Shown one piece after another: positions 25,435 to 27,707 of a stretch of 27,707 nt of DNA. This DNA is from a virus (Duplodnaviria; Caudoviricetes), in the IMG/VR virus record IMGVR_UViG_3300030095_002421, positions 1 to 27,707 of that record, one strand, 5' to 3'. Numbering within the stretch: the first letter of the stretch is position 1; the number at the start of each line of letters is the position of its first letter. The notes under the pieces are model-generated. The model did not search any database. It saw nothing but the letters and a program-made list of their open reading frames with translations, and was not told where the DNA came from. The translations under genes and the position numbers were made by a program.

Positions 25435-27707
25435 TATTCCACCACCATCTTCTCAACATCCTTTCTCTCTGCCTGTATGAAGTAGAAGCAGTCTATTGGA
25501 GTATCTGTTTGTGTTCCCACATACACCTTGTTGTCCTCTATGTGGTCAACGTATATCTGTTGGAATCCCTTGTTAGGGGTTAATTGAACTGTGATTGTAT
25601 CCTCATCAACTAGACCTAGCCAGTAGTCAGGTAGTTCTATTGTATCTCCTTCTAATCTACCTCTGATGTAGACACCGTGTTCCGGCCCTTCAAGAGAACC
25701 GTGATGCAATCTCTTTCCTTCTTCTGTTGGGTGTTCTATATCGAAAGACTTGGTAGTTGCGGCGAATGAACCATTTACTTCTAGTTTATGTGATGGACTT
25801 GAAGTGCCTATTCCGACTCTCTGCTCACTACCATCAAATCTAACGTATTCAGTTCCCGAACCTACTCTGACGATTACATCGCCATCAGGGTCTAATGAGA
25901 TATTTCCATCTGCTCCTAAGTGTAAATCCTCAACTGTGTCGGCATCTGCACCAATGTAAGTATCTGTGGAATCAAAATAGATTTTCTTGGTCTGTGCTAA
26001 ATACAAATCTCCTGTAAGCCCAATGTCTCCCGCTACATCTAGATTTTTACTAGGACTGTCAGTGCCTATTCCCACTTTACCAAATCTATCTACGACAAGG
26101 GCATTAGCAACATCCCCATTTGTAGCATCCATCATTTTTAATTCAAAGAAGTCGTTTCCGCTTGAGTTGTAGTGCATCTCCCAACCAAACTCAACAGAAG
26201 CCTCGCTTGCAACTGTGACGCTACTATCCTCACCAACCACAATCTTAGCACTATTATCGGAATCTGATGTATCTACGAGTCTAATAGAAGCATCACTTCC
26301 CCAAATGTCTAGATTATGTTGTGGTGTAGCCATACCTACTCCGAGTCTATCATTCGTATCATCGAAGTAAATACCCGTTGCCGCAACACCGTTGATTAGT
26401 TGTTCATTGGCATCAACATACAACTTTCTTCTGATTGATGGGTCAAGGTCATATGAACCTTGATTTGTGTCATGAGTTGGGTCTGTCTCTCCTACGTTAG
26501 TATTGAAATAATCAAGGTAACAGTTGGTGAAGCATTGAATGAGTTTAATCTGTCTGTATTCCCAATTCTCATCCCTCTTCTGATACAGGCTTGCGTAGGG
26601 AGTGCTTCCTCCTGTCCCTGCATTATACACCATCTTGAATGTAGTATCGGGGTCTGCTGCGTTGTCATCCCAACCATCAACGATGAACTCTCTAGTCCAC
26701 CATCCGTTGTTATTGTCTTGTGTGCCATATTCACCACGCACATGAAGATTGAAGTTAGACCTACCAATTCCTCTAGCGGTCACTTGGAATGTTGCTTGGA
26801 AGTTATCATATTGCCAATTTGCATTGTCTGAACCACCATCCGTTTTTCCTGTCCATCTGAATACTTCAAACCAATCGTTGGCAGCAGTTGAACCTGTGAC
26901 TCCCATTATGAATGTGTTAGCACCATAAACGTCAGCATGACTTCCCGACTTTAGGAAACCATACGTCTTGATGTCCTTGTTGTTCTGAATCTCCATAGCA
27001 GTTTGATTGCTTGCATTGACTCTCAGTTGTATGCTTGCGGCAGTTGAGTAGGTTGGAGTGTTGCTACTGTAAGAAGTCGCTAGTCCGTCTTCATCTCCCA
27101 ATATTGCTAGAGGCCCACCTGTTCCGGCCTTGATGTATGGGTTGGATGTTGTTCCGAATGATAGATGATGAGCAAGTGTAGTCTGTGCATCTTCTATTTT
27201 CATCCTTTGAGCATTGTTTGTTCTTAGAGTAATAGGCGAAGAACCAGCAATAGTAGTGATGTCCAAACCCGTTCCATCTGTCAGGAATCTGACATCGAAA
27301 TCATCTGCATCAGAATTTTTCAAATCAATGTAAGCACCATTGTTTCCTTGTATCTCATGACGACCATAACCCGTGGAAGTTATCTTTAACATTCCACTTG
27401 GGTCATATGTCAATGAGGATTCTACATCTATTGTGGAAGCACCACCGTATGTCAAAAGACCGTTAGCAGTTGAACCGTTATACGAAAGCCCATCTCCCCC
27501 TACTGTGCTTCCGGCAACCCAAGATAGTTGACCGCTACCATCAGTCTTGAGTATCTGACCTGCACTACCATCTGCTTGAGGCCACTTCTGCCCATCTAGA
27601 ACAATATCTCCTGTTCCATTTGGAGTAATAGCAATATGCCCGTTAGCCGCATCAGTTATTTGTATTGTTCCTGAATTTGAACCTGAATTAGTATCTAAAA
27701 TTAAATC
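25431..27707 (-). CDS. Long tail fibre protein, 5'-truncated (at least 758 aa)
   Basis: The frame is open from the window edge (DLILDTNSG...WPQADGSAGQILKTDGSGQLSW...), so TTG 27455 is not the start. It has three (V/L)G(I/V)G..(S/T)P...L.(V/I).G shaft repeats and the C-terminal domain TKSFDIEHP...LHHGSLEGPEHGVYIRG...LPDYW. Confidence 0.85.
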   Translation of the reverse strand, partial: DLILDTNSGSNSGTIQITDAANGHIAITPNGTGDIVLDGQKWPQADGSAGQILKTDGSGQLSWVAGSTVGGDGLSYNGSTANGLLTYGGASTIDVESSLTYDPSGMLKITSTGYGRHEIQGNNGAYIDLKNSDADDFDVRFLTDGTGLDITTIAGSSPITLRTNNAQRMKIEDAQTTLAHHLSFGTTSNPYIKAGTGGPLAILGDEDGLATSYSSNTPTYSTAASIQLRVNASNQTAMEIQNNKDIKTYGFLKSGSHADVYGANTFIMGVTGSTAANDWFEVFRWTGKTDGGSDNANWQYDNFQATFQVTARGIGRSNFNLHVRGEYGTQDNNNGWWTREFIVDGWDDNAADPDTTFKMVYNAGTGGSTPYASLYQKRDENWEYRQIKLIQCFTNCYLDYFNTNVGETDPTHDTNQGSYDLDPSIRRKLYVDANEQLINGVAATGIYFDDTNDRLGVGMATPQHNLDIWGSDASIRLVDTSDSDNSAKIVVGEDSSVTVASEASVEFGWEMHYNSSGNDFFELKMMDATNGDVANALVVDRFGKVGIGTDSPSKNLDVAGDIGLTGDLYLAQTKKIYFDSTDTYIGADADTVEDLHLGADGNISLDPDGDVIVRVGSGTEYVRFDGSEQRVGIGTSSPSHKLEVNGSFAATTKSFDIEHPTEEGKRLHHGSLEGPEHGVYIRGRLEGDTIELPDYWLGLVDEDTITVQLTPNKGFQQIYVDHIEDNKVYVGTQTDTPIDCFYFIQAERKDVEKMVVEY

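Noticed and set aside
21-26831. Numerous plus-strand and nested short ORFs (for example 17022..17507, 23722..24243, 385..789)
   Set aside because: They are antisense or off-frame shadows of long minus-strand genes, with no recognisable motifs.
21544-27707. Diversity-generating retroelement or invertible fibre cassette
   Set aside because: No reverse transcriptase or recombinase is present, and I saw no near-identical template/variable repeat pair or inverted crossover sites. A self dot-plot would be decisive.
1-27707. CRISPR array, tRNA, rRNA, intein or intron
   Set aside because: Coding density is nearly complete with gaps under about 45 nt. No spaced direct repeats, cloverleaf or intein terminal motifs were noticed.

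Overview
The whole window is one tightly packed minus-strand tail-morphogenesis module of a tailed virus (siphovirus-like), with 18 coding segments, two of them cut by the window edges. In transcription order (right to left) it encodes: a tail fibre, two small basic or His-rich proteins, three LamG/ConA-like lectin proteins, a second fibre with its small chaperone, an acidic protein, an enlarged tail tube, a SAP-domain protein, a G/GT tail-assembly chaperone pair, a short tape measure, a Dit-like protein and two giant (about 2280 and 2708 aa) tail-tip proteins. TGATG/TAATG gene overlaps, GGAGGTGA/GGTGA ribosome-binding sites, TTAAG boxes in the few intergenic gaps and marine-phage-type modules suggest a marine archaeal virus (possibly magrovirus-like). 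That host call is inference, since no diagnostic gene is present. The best-supported hidden signal is a complete -1 ribosomal frameshift cassette (C CCT TTG, a 6-nt spacer and a 10-bp stem-loop) that the ORF track misses. The most unusual architecture is a baseplate-hub fold that appears split across two giant, insertion-rich proteins. All protein calls come from motif recognition and gene order, not database searches. Several ORF-track starts were corrected. No RNA genes, CRISPR arrays, integrase, transposase or reverse transcriptase were seen.
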